A stretch of DNA of 64,000 bases. Origin: Octopus vulgaris. Its lineage: Eukaryota. The stretch lies in assembly GCA_951406725.2 (NCBI GenBank), contig OX597828.1:72168001-72232000 (forward strand), in the 5' to 3' direction. The translations under genes and the position numbers were made by a program. Below the pieces are notes generated by a model that was not told where the DNA came from, did no database searches, and saw only the letters and a program-made list of their open reading frames with translations. The number at the start of each line of letters is the position of its first letter. Position 1 is the stretch's first letter. Below, piece by piece: positions 39,351-50,504 of this stretch.

Positions 39351-39936
39351 TCATCATCATCATCATCGTTTAGCGTCCGTTTTCCATACTAGCATGGGTT
39401 GGACGGTTCAACTGGGGGTCTGTGAAGCCGGAAGGCTTCATCAGGCCTAGTCAGATCTGGCAGTGTTTCTATGGCTGGATGCCCTTCCTAACGCCAACCA
39501 CTCCGTGAGTGTAGTGGGTGCTTTTTACGTGCCACCCGCACAGATGCCAGACAGAGCTGGCAAACGGCCACGAACGGATGGTGCTTTTTATGTGCCACCG
39601 GCATATATATTAATAAAAGGAATTCCAACCTTGTCTGATTTTGACGTTTTATTTACAATCTTATAATGATATATTATAAGATAATATATTATAATTGGAT
39701 AAAATGAAATGAAATAGTAGAATGTTAAATGTTCATTCTGATTGAACTAGTACTTTCATGCATTAAATTCTGCAATCTTCAAGTTCATGTAGTAGTGGTG
39801 ACAGTCATGCTTCACAATTTTTGACTGTGATATATATATATATATATATCATCATATATATATATATAAAATTAAAACCAAAACATTGTCAGTTATAAAA
39901 ATTAATAAAACAGACTGATGGTTTGTACTTGTATTA
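39230..39936. repeat. ~70-bp inverted arms (39230-39300 and 39867-39936) enclosing (TA)n tracts and a family C element
   Basis: TAATACAGGTACAAACCATCAGTCT...TTTTGGTTTTAATTTTA versus TAAAATTAAAACCAAAAC...AGACTGATGGTTTGTACTTGTATTA. Confidence 0.85.
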
Positions 39937-40499
39937 TATATATATATGTCGTATATATGTATATATATATATGTGTGTGTGTGTGTTTGTGTGTCTGTGT
40001 TTGTCCCCCTAGCATTGCTTGACAACCGATGCTGGTGTGTTTACGTCCCCATCACTTAGCGATTCTGCAAAAGAGACTGATAGAATAAGTCCCGGGGTTG
40101 ATTTGCTCGACTAAAGGCAGTGCTCCAGCATGGCCGCAGTCAAATGACTGAAACAAGTAAAAGAGAGCAAAGAGTATATATATATATTGTTGCCATAATG
40201 CTAAAGTGTCGAAAGTCGAAAATGTTGCTTTTTCAGAAAATGAAAAAAAATCATTTCACCATTCCATAGTACTACATTTTGTAGTACTACATTTTGACAA
40301 TTTTTGATATCTTGGCATTTGAAGCAGCTGGAGATACGATAGTTTGACTAAAAGAACTGGCTATTGCAAACAAAAATAAATATTGAAAATAACACATTTG
40401 CCCAAATTTGGATATACGACAGTTTAACATAATACCAATAATATATGTATATCTATATCTATCTATATATATATATAAAATATATATATCACACACATC

Positions 40500-40815
40500 A
40501 CTGCCATTCCCTAAGTTGCAACGACAAGGGTACCAGTTGACCCGATCAGTAGAGCAGTCTGCTCATGAATTTAATGTCAAGTGGCTGAGTCTCCACAGAC
40601 ATGCTCACCCTTAACATAGTTCTCGGGAAGATTCAGCATGACAGATCAAATATGGCAGAGCTGATCCTTTGAAACGCACCTCATTTTCGTCAGCTGATTG
40701 GACTGGAGCACCGTGAAATAAAGTGTCCAGCTCTAGGATGCAGTGTGGTGCCAGGAATCAAACTCGTGATCCTACAATTGTGAACTGAACACCCTAACCA
40801 TTAAACCATGTGCCT
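40500..40815 (-). mobile_element. tRNA-derived SINE (family D), uninterrupted copy
   Basis: Minus strand GGCACATGGTTTAATGGTTAGGGTG...GAGTTTGATTCC...GCTCCAGTCCAATCAGCTG. Homologous to 50068-50610. Confidence 0.7.
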
Positions 40816-41298
40816 TGGCTTTTGGTTTTGAAAGAAATTATCAAAGGCCCTGCTTGTAACACTGACTCTATATCAATAGTACAGATAAGGAATTACTGTG
40901 ATATTCACTTTTATGTAACTGTTGAGGTGGCAGTAAATTTATATAGTTAGTTGTGAGACTAACTGTATTTAGGACACTAAATATATATAGAACTGTAGTT
41001 GTAACACTAATTTTATAGAACTAGTTGTGACTCTATAACTGGAGTTGTGGCACAAACATATAATATATATATATAATATATTTATACAAATTGAGATAGG
41101 GGTTGTAAATGCAACCCTCCATGGGATAACATATATCCAATATACTGCTAGTGAAGTACCCAACAAAGTTAATACATAAATGTTAAGAACTGCGATGCAA
41201 TTAATTCATTTACTGTATTATAATGGGCAAAAGTAAAATGATTTACCACAAATTACTAATACAGGGGAGAGTCATTTTTTTTTGTGCCTTATAAAATG

Positions 41299-41329
<31 letters not shown>

Positions 41330-41579
41330 TTATAATAATAATAATATTAGGGAATAAATCCAAACTTACAGGGAAAAATTAGATTTAGGATTAAATCCAA
41401 TTTTATAGTATAAATATGTTATATTATATTATATTAAATTAGAGATAAAACCACTATTAGGCAAATCAAACAGTGAAAAACATAAGCCAATACATAAAAT
41501 TAATTTAAAAATATAAAAGTTAAAAGTAAAAAATTATTTAAATAATTTAAACTTATAAATTTTATATATATATACAAAT

Positions 41580-41830
41580 ATATATATATATATGTATGTA
41601 TGTATATTTTAATATTTATATATTATTTTATTAATTAATTAATTAATTTATTTATTTTTTAAATTTAAAAATTTTTTATTTATTTATTTTTTATATATCA
41701 AAAGTATTAAAAGTTTAAACTTTAAATACTTTTGATATATAAAAAAATAAATAAATAAATAAATAAATTAATTAATAAATGAAATATTATATAAATATAA
41801 AAATATACATACATACATATATATATATAT
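41580..41830. repeat. AT-rich imperfect palindrome centred on GTTTAAAC (41713-41720)
   Basis: Core TATATATCAAAAGTATTAAAAGTTTAAACTTTAAATACTTTTGATATATA, with mirrored (TTTA)n/(TAAA)n and (TATG)n/(CATA)n flanks. Confidence 0.8.
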
Positions 41831-42093
41831 GAATAAGCAAAAATTGTTTGAGCAGACAGCCATGTGGAAGTGGCTTTGAATATTGCTTATATACATAACC
41901 GTTATTATACACAGCAGTTTTTGCCACAACTACAACTTTACAAGTGACACATCCTGTGGACATTTGAAAGGTGAGGTTTTGTATCATGGAACTGGGATGG
42001 TCTCGGGTTAGTAGTGGAAGGGTTAATACAACAATCATCATCCTCATTATTATTATTATTACTATTATTATTATTATTAATATTATTATTTAC

Positions 42094-42130
<37 letters not shown>

Positions 42131-42725
42131 AAGGCAGTGAGCTGGCAAAATTGTTAGCACCCCGAGCAAAGTGCTTGGCAACATTTTGTCTGCCTTTACA
42201 TTCTGTGTTCAAATCTCGCCGAGGTTGACTTTGCCTTTCATCCTTTCAGTATTGATAAATTAAGTACCTGTTGCGTACTGGGGTCGATGTAATCAACCCG
42301 ATGTAATCAACCCCTCCCCCACAATTTCAATCCTTGTGCCTTTAGTAGAAAGGATTATTATTATTATCAATTTTTCTTTTTGCCATGCTTATGTTGAAAT
42401 ATATGATGGCCTTTGTTCCAGCTAATTTTGAAAATAGGGAAGAATTTAGGAAGAATTTTGTTGTTATGACGATGGTGTTCTGAACATTAACTAACATGAA
42501 GGTTTTAATGTAGCCCACTTTAAAGTAGGAAGTTTATATAACAGAACCAACAGCAGTTTCAGGCTAGTTGGTATGAAAAGAGTCAGCTATTCAGAATAAA
42601 CATATATATAATTAATACCCCAAAAAACGAAAGAAAAAAAAAACACAGCAAGAAAAAGAAAAAAACAATGCAAGGATATGGTACATGCAAAGTATTAAAA
42701 GACACTCTGGGAAGGAAAGAAAGGG

Positions 42726-42762
42726 TGTTTTACATTTTGAGCAGAGCTCTTCTTCAGAAAGA
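42726..42762 (-). ncRNA. Decayed hammerhead motif (G12A), paralogue of 3092-3128
   Basis: CUGAAGA-A-GAGC(UCU)GCUC-AAAA-UGUA/AAAC. Flanks align with 2990-3207. Confidence 0.65.
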
Positions 42763-45700
42763 GGAGACAGGGGAAAGTCCAAGAGGAAAGGAAGATGGGG
42801 GAAAAATATTGCCAACAATCCACATGTAGTTACATGCGAACACATGTATGTAATATCCAAATGATGCTCTTGAAATTAATTGTGAAAACTATTTTAAGAA
42901 TTCCTGTCCAGAGTTAGGAATTAGAATACAAAACAAGCAGTTGGTCCTCATATATTCCCAAATTTGACCAATAATTCCTGCAGAATATTCTGATGCTTTG
43001 TCTCATTATGACTAACGATTAAAACTTAAAATTCCTGATTCCTAAAACCATTTCCCCATCGCCTTTTCCTTCTGTATTCTAGCTGTTCAATTCCCACAAT
43101 TATTTATCCTCATCAATATTTTAATTTAGTTTTCAATTAATTTCATTAAACCCATTTCTCTGTGAAGATGTAATTATGGGATCCTGTTCGTTGTTTTTTT
43201 TCTTTTTTTCTAAATTATGGGAGAAATACTAATATGTCTACTGTTTGCTTCTTAAGGATTAAGGGAAACTAGAAGAGAGTTTAAGGGTCTGTCTCTTGTT
43301 TAAGGCTTTAGTTATGTACATCTTTTTTCTTTGACTTGTTTCAGCCATTAGACTGTGGCCATGCTGGGGCATCACCTTGAAGAATTTTTAGTCAAATGAA
43401 TCAATCTCAATATTTATTCTTTTAGTAATCCTGGCACTTATTCTGCCAATCTCATTTGCCAAACCACTAAGTAGTTAGGATGTAAACACACTAATACCAG
43501 CTGTCAAGTGGTGATGGGGGACAAAGACACACACACACACACACTGATATATGAAAGGCTTCTTTCAGTTTCCCTGTACCAAATCCACTCACAAGGCTTT
43601 GGTTGGCCTGAGGCCATAGTAGAAGGCATCTCGTTCAGAGATATATTATTATTATTATTATTATTAGGCATTGAGTGGGCAGAATGTTTAGCGGTATTTT
43701 GAAATGCTCAGTGACATTTTGTTTGCCTTTAGGTTCTGAGTTCAAATTCCCCACTGAGTTTGGCTTTGCCTTTCATCCTTTTGGGGTCAATAAAATAAGG
43801 ACCAGTGAAACGCTGGGGTTTGATGTAATCGATTAGTCCCCTCCCCCAAAATTGCTGCCCTTGTTGCAAAATTTGAAACCATCATTATTGCCACCACCAC
43901 TGCCACCACCACCACCACTAATAATAATTCCATTCGTAAACAGCACTTTTGGAATGGTAATTCCTAGTTTTTACATCCTGGTTAGATAAGTTACAACAGT
44001 GAAGTAGCATGGAGCTGCAACAGAAAGGGATTGTTAAGAAGAGTTCTTCAGACGTGAGGCTGGTGGGGGTGGATAGCTCTCAAGACGAAATTATTCCGGT
44101 TTGTGTCTTTCACACTGAGATAACTCAATAATAATAATGATGATGATGATGATGATACTCTTAATTTCATCTTTCAGTTTTGTTAAAATACATTGTTCTG
44201 GTTTACTTTCGTGTTTTTCCCTTTTTCATTTGTAGTTTTCTAAAAATATTGTGGTTTTATGAATCATATTGAACCGTTTGTTTATTTGTGCCCAAACGAT
44301 ATCACCTATTACTGATTGTTTGTTTTGACAATACGGATATGTGTGTGTGTGTGTATAAATATATATACGTACACAGACACATATCTTCATACATATATAT
44401 ATATATACATAGATGCAGGCGTGGCTGTGTGGTAAGAAGTTTGCTTCCCAACCACATGGGTCTGGGTTCAATTTCACTGTGTACACCTTGGGCTGACCAA
44501 TGCCTTGTGAGTGTATTTGGTGGATGGAGACTGAAAGAAGCCTGATGTATGTATGTATGTATGTATGTACGTTAATAGATTAGATCAGAGGCAGAAAATG
44601 GGATTCACAAGATTCTTTATTTATGGAAAACCAGACATTAAAATGATGATGATGATGATGATGTTAATTGTATTCACATGAAAATTGGGTTAATGCAAAA
44701 AATAAAATGGTAAAAATGAAGTCCTATTATGGGGCAGCTTCACCAAACACTTTTGTTAATTTTATTGGAATAAAGACTCCGCACCTATGTTTTACAGCCT
44801 TCATCATCATCATTGAATGTCAGTTTTCGATTCTGGTTCAACAGGAACTAAATGAGTCAGAGAACAGTGCCAAGCTCCAATGTCTGCTTTGGCAAGATTT
44901 CTACAGTTGGATGCCCCTCCTAAAACCAACCGCTTTCACAGAGTGTATTGGGTGCTTTTTGTTTTTTCTTTTGTGACACTGGCACTGGGGAGGTTGCCAA
45001 GTAATTTGCGATTCAAAGTAAAAGAAGGAAAAAGCTCCCTTCAGCTGAGTGGGAAAGCATTTGAAAGGCACAAGCGGCTCTTTGTGGGGTGTTGAGGGCT
45101 AACATGTGATAGAAGGGATAAGCACATATTCCATGTTATATGATGTTAGGTGTGAGTGGTTGGAAGGAAGATAAAGATGATGGTTGCAGAGTGTATTGGG
45201 TAGCTTTTTAGATGGCATCACCACCAGTGACTTACAAAATAGTTTTGTTTGTAAAAAGAAACAGAAAATATTAAAAAATTACCTGAATAAAAATTAAGTA
45301 GTTTATTAATCCAGTGTTTGGATCCCTTTTGATACCAGCCTGGCTGAAGACAGCTCTGGCTTTGTAGTACAAATATCTTGTTTTCATAAGTTCTGAATTA
45401 AAATGCTCCACCAAAACTTAGTCACAATTTATGTTCCTGACCCTGGCTTAATGATAACTAAGTTATTTTACTAAATTCTTTGTTATATTTATAATTAATT
45501 GAAAGAAACACAGAGCATCTCAACAGAAATATGGTAACAAAAGGGTTAACAAATGGTTAATTTAATCCTTTTGATATCAACCTGGCTGAAACCACCTCTG
45601 ACTCTGTAGTACAAATGTCTTGTTTTCTTAAGTTTTGAATTAAAATCTTCCACCAAACCTTAGTCACAATTTATGTTCCTAACACTAACTTAACAATAAC

Positions 45701-46103
45701 TAAGTTATTTTAATAAATTCTTTGTTATATTTAAAATTAATTGAAAGAAACACAGAGCATCTCAAAATATACAGTAACGAAAAGGGTTAATTTTGAGAAC
45801 CATTTTAATAATTTATTTTACATGTAACTATTTTCTTTTTTTTATATATTTAAAATAACACCGGGGCTGCAAATTTTTAGGATATATGTATAAAGAATAA
45901 TGCTTAAGTGAATTAAAGTGTTTTTTCTATCCATACATCTTATTTTATTGTAATTATTTCCACCTAATGACCTCATATACTTGTTTACAACATGTGGGGT
46001 TAATATGTTATCTCTGTCAATATGATCCCTGTGTAGTCAGATATAACATGTTATTTACATTATTTACATTTGACGGATATTTGTCCTCATCTTGTTTGTT
46101 GTT

Positions 46104-46149
46104 AACACAACCTTTCGGCTGATATACCCTTCAGCCTTCATCAGGTGTC
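46104..46149 (-). ncRNA. Type I hammerhead ribozyme motif in Penelope pseudo-LTR
   Basis: GACAC-CUGAUGA-A-GGCUGA(AGGGUAUA)UCAGCC-GAA-AGGU-U/GUGUU. Stem III reads AGGU instead of palindromic ACGU. Confidence 0.85.
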
Positions 46150-46227
46150 TTGGGGAAATTTCAAACCTGGGTTCTCATTCCTAAGGTATTTTTTGATGTT
46201 ATTATTATTATTATTATTATTGTTCAG

Positions 46228-46299
46228 GTCACTGCTTGGAATTGAACTCAGAATCTTGGGGTTAGTAGCCCGCGCTCTTAACCACTATGCCATATGTCC
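46228..46299 (-). promoter_or_regulatory. tRNA-like segment with Pol III A and B boxes
   Basis: GGACATATGGCATAGTGGTTAAGAGCGCGGGCTACTAACCCCAAGATTCTGAGTTCAATTCC: A box TGGCATAGTGG, B box GAGTTCAATTCC. Confidence 0.7.
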
Positions 46300-48572
46300 G
46301 TGGGCAATTATGGAGTGAATTTTATACCACAGCTGCACATGATGGAATACACGTCGTCTTTGGTCATACTCTCTTCTGTTGGTGGTTTTACTCGAAGGAG
46401 ATATTTGTGAAGTGTTTTAGGGTTTATAAATCTGATATTTTTCTATCCTTCCTTAATACCGGTTCCTATATGCTACTCATATCTGCACTCAGTCTGCTTA
46501 GGAGGTTGTTGTGTCCTAGCATATGTGCTGCTTCTTTTAGTTTTCGTATTTTCCATTGGTGTTCTCTGTCTATTATTTTAACATCATCCCACAAGGGGAG
46601 GTGGTCTCCATTTTTCCATACATGATCAGCAATACCTGATTTATCAATATCTCCTTGAGTCACAGCTTAGCGATGTTCATCTACCCTTATTTTAAGTGAG
46701 TGGCATGTTTCACCTTTGTATAACATATTGACATTTGATGTTGAAGACATTGAACAGAATTGTAAAAATCCAAGAGCTCCTACATATAAATTGGGACCAT
46801 TTTTAATGTAGATTCTATCCTTCTTGGACACTTTCTGTGATTAAATATTCGCTTGTATCAATCACATGAACTTTGGTACTTTTCTGCAGGATGTAAATGG
46901 AATAGGATTTTGGGTTTATTGGATATGTTTCTCATATAGCCTTCTCTTAGCTTTCTCAATCAGTGTATTTCAACAGAAATATGGTAACAAAAGGCTTAAA
47001 GTGATCTAAATGGAAACCTTTCTTATTTATGTTCCAAATACCAGTTTAATAATGACAAAGTTATTTTATTAAATTCTTCATTATTTTGAAAATTAATTGA
47101 AGCTAAGACTGTGTATTTCTGCAGAAGTATTGTAACAAAGAGTTAAATGTTTTTTCCTTTTTTAAAGATTCGATGTGCTGTAGTTTTGCATCTATTAAGC
47201 ACATATGATAAATATCTAATCAGATCTATTTAATTTAATGGAAGAAACATTAAATTTTTCAATAATTTGTGAATAGCCTTTCTTTTTTCTTCTTCATTTA
47301 CCATCTTTTTAAGCACTACCATTTACTCATAGATTGTCAGTTCTTTTTAAAGAATATTCTCTCTTCCATAATTGGGGAAACTGTGACAAGATGTACTTTA
47401 AATTCTTTTGAAGCTACAGTTATTGTACTAAGCATCAATTTACCATTTTTAGACTATTGTAAGGAACGCTGTAACAACACTTTAAGTGCCATTTGTCATT
47501 TTGGGTTTTGTCTTTGCTGTTCCAAAATTTCCATTCTTGTCTGATATTTTCTGCTAAAATATATAATCAGGTACAAGAATGAAAATTTCCAAATTTTTTT
47601 CTTTCATTTACTTTAAGACATCTCACATTATATGAGAAGAATTCTCTCTCAGAGTTAAACATAACACCGTGATGTTGTTGCTAAGAGATATAAGCTTAAT
47701 TCTGAAGAAGTGTTGCTACTAATCAAAAGGAAAATATGCAGATGTAATTAATATGATGGGATAGAGGGTGTGATTTCTTTTTCTAATTGAAATTTTAGGC
47801 ATTTTTAGAAAATGGTACGACAGCCAGAACCATTTAACTGATTTAATTCCTCTCTTGGTAGATATTTTGGTTAAATCACTTATTGATGATTCCTGTACTT
47901 AAAGAATTGTTAATGACAATATTCAAGCTTCCCACTAATTAACCAATATTTGTTAATTTGTGTAACTTTATGATTAATATTAATAGGTGTAAGCATGGCT
48001 GTGTGGTAAGAAGTTTGCTTCCCAACCACATGGTTCTGGGTTCAGTCCCACTGCGTGGCACTTTGAATAAGTGTCTTCTCCTGGAGCTCCTGGAGGGCTG
48101 TTGGATTATTTGACTTCATCCACACTTTGGCAGATTTTGCTGTTCATCCTGCAGAGTGTCCAGAAATGACCTCCACCAAAAAGCTTGATGGAGTTGCTGG
48201 GCTAGTTTGATATATAAATTGTGTTGCCCTCACTTGGTTATTGTGCACAGGTCTCTGGTTATTACACTTCTGGCCCAACATGCCTCTGTACATGTGTGTA
48301 AGTATATATGTATAATATGTATATATAAATATGTTTCAAAAAAAAAAATAGAAGCTACACGTGGAAAAGATATGGGGAAAGTAAGAAGAAAAAATGCAAA
48401 AATGCGCATTAAATATAAAAAAAATAATGGCTTTTTTATGAAGAGTAGCAATAAATAAATACAATTAGATGAACTGAGGTAGAATTAAGAGGAATAAAAG
48501 TCATTATTATGAACTGTTAAAGAGATTCAAAGTCAAACTGGTATCGCCATTGCTGTTCACTGGCTTTGAATG

Positions 48573-48609
<37 letters not shown>

Positions 48610-50282
48610 TATGTGTCTGTGAAATGTATGATGTGTTTCTGTAAAGCTTCTGTGTACCAAATTCCACTCTCAAAGGTTTTGGTCAACTCAAGGTTATTAG
48701 TGTAGAAGACATCCAAAATGCAATGCGGCTGGACCAAGCCTGAGCCCTGCCATAACAAAGCAGACCCTTTGACCATCCACCCAGCTACTTTGATTTTCAT
48801 GTCCATATTATAGTTTGTTATGATATTTTTAGATTCCTTTGTGGAGTTTCAATAAATCTCTTTTGTTTGAGCTGAATTGTGTAAGCTGTCCTTCGCAAAA
48901 GGACAACAAACCTCCTCTCTGACTAATGCACTTGTTACTCGTCAAGCTTTGTCATGTTCTCTTTTGTGTTGTGTCGGATATTTATTGCTGCAACTTTCAC
49001 ATATCAAATATTACTTAATGAACTTTCGATGTCCGCTTCTTAATTACTTCAACTCCCTCCTCACTGTATTTCTGTTGAAATACGCTGTCTTTGTTTTAAT
49101 TAATTTTGACAATCACTAAGAATTTATTGAAATAACTTTGTCATTACTAAGCTCGTGTTTGGAACATGAATTAACATGAAATTTTGATGGGACATTTTAG
49201 TTTAGATCACTTTAAGCCTTTTGTTACCATATCTCTTGAATTAGTTATGAAAATGATGAAAAACTTTGTAAAATAGCTGAAACAAGGAACTGATAAAAAA
49301 AGATTCATAGAAATAGTGTTGTTTGCTGGTAATTCTACCTGAAAGCATGTCCATCCTGTTTGTTGTTTGATAGACCAGGGGGGGAAATATTACCTTCCTT
49401 AAAAACAGGTGGGGGGGGAGGGATTACCAATGAGAAGAGTCTCTCCCACCCGAGGAAAACAGATGTCAACAAAGTTTCTTTTAACCTATTCAAGCAATGA
49501 AAAACAGACATTAAAAACGATGGTAACGATGATGCTGATGATGATGATGATGATGATCAATTAGTGCTTTGTTAATTAATTAGAAATGTTCAGTTTGCTC
49601 TCTGGTTTACTTTTTTTTGTTTTTTGTTTTTTTGTTTTTTTTCTTTCCCATAACAACTAGAGTCTGAGAACAAAACGGGTGGAAGTGAACATGAGTACTC
49701 AGAGTCACATGTGTGGCTTCGAAAAAACAACTTTGGATTAGAGAGTAGGAGGAGGAGGAGGGTGAGGGCAAGACAGTGAGGGGGAGGGGGAGTCATAAAA
49801 ATAAATATATTTACTGTTTCAATGCAATGGTGTGAATTCCAACTCTAAAAATAAACCAATAAATTCAGCTAACGACATTTGACGGCCATAAACTCTATGT
49901 TTCTTCAAAAGGTTCTTCCTTTGAGGAAATCTTGTTATTTTTCCCCCCAATACAGAAGCAATACCTGCATGCAAGATTCCTTGATCTGCTAGAAATACAA
50001 GCTAAATTTTTGAAAATGTAGCCTTCTATCTGGATATTCAAGCCCAAGTTGCAGCATTGTCAGTGAAGTCACATGGTTTAGTGGTTGAAGTATTCAGCTC
50101 CTGATTTTAAGGTCCTAAGTTTGGTCCCTGGTGGAACATTGTGTGCTTGAGCAAGGCACTTTGTTTCACATTGCTCCAGTCCACTCAGCTGGCAAAAAAT
50201 GAGTTGTACCTGTAATTCACTGGGGGGATCAGCCTTGTCACATTCCATGTGTTATGCTGAACTTCTTTGAGAATTACATTAA

Positions 50283-50504
50283 CCCTTTCGTTACCGTATT
50301 TCTTTTGAAATGCTCCATGTTTCTTTCAATCAATTTTAAATATAACAAAGAATTTAATAAAATAACTTCGTTATCATTAAGCTAGTGTTAGGAACATAAT
50401 TTGTGACTAAGGTTTGGTGGAAGATTCTAATTCAGAACTTATGAAAACAAAACATTCGTATTACAGAGCCAGAGGTGGTTTCAGCCAGGTTGATATCAAA
50501 AGGG
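50283..50504 (-). mobile_element. piggyBac-like MITE nested in a family D SINE (50068-50610)
   Basis: TTAA at 50279-50282 and 50505-50508, CCCTTT...AAAGGG termini. Confidence 0.85.

Larger units (their letters stand above)
46050..46725 (-). mobile_element. Penelope-like retroelement 3' fragment (GIY-YIG endonuclease remnant plus pseudo-LTR)
   Basis: LYKGETCHSLKIRVDEHR*AVTQGDIDKSGIADHVW...WDDVKIIDREHQWKIRKLKEAAHM (YIGET..R..EH...S.IA.H...E) with in-frame stops, followed by a hammerhead. Confidence 0.85.

Noticed and set aside
46228-46299. Functional tRNA gene (also SINE heads at 1690-1837 and elsewhere)
   Set aside because: Acceptor and anticodon stems do not close properly; embedded in retroelements.
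50471-50500. AG|GTGGTTTC as the expected GGF start of DUSP exon 4 (also ~59550)
   Set aside because: Lies inside the multicopy TTAA MITE, has no polypyrimidine tract, and the translation does not resemble DUSP.
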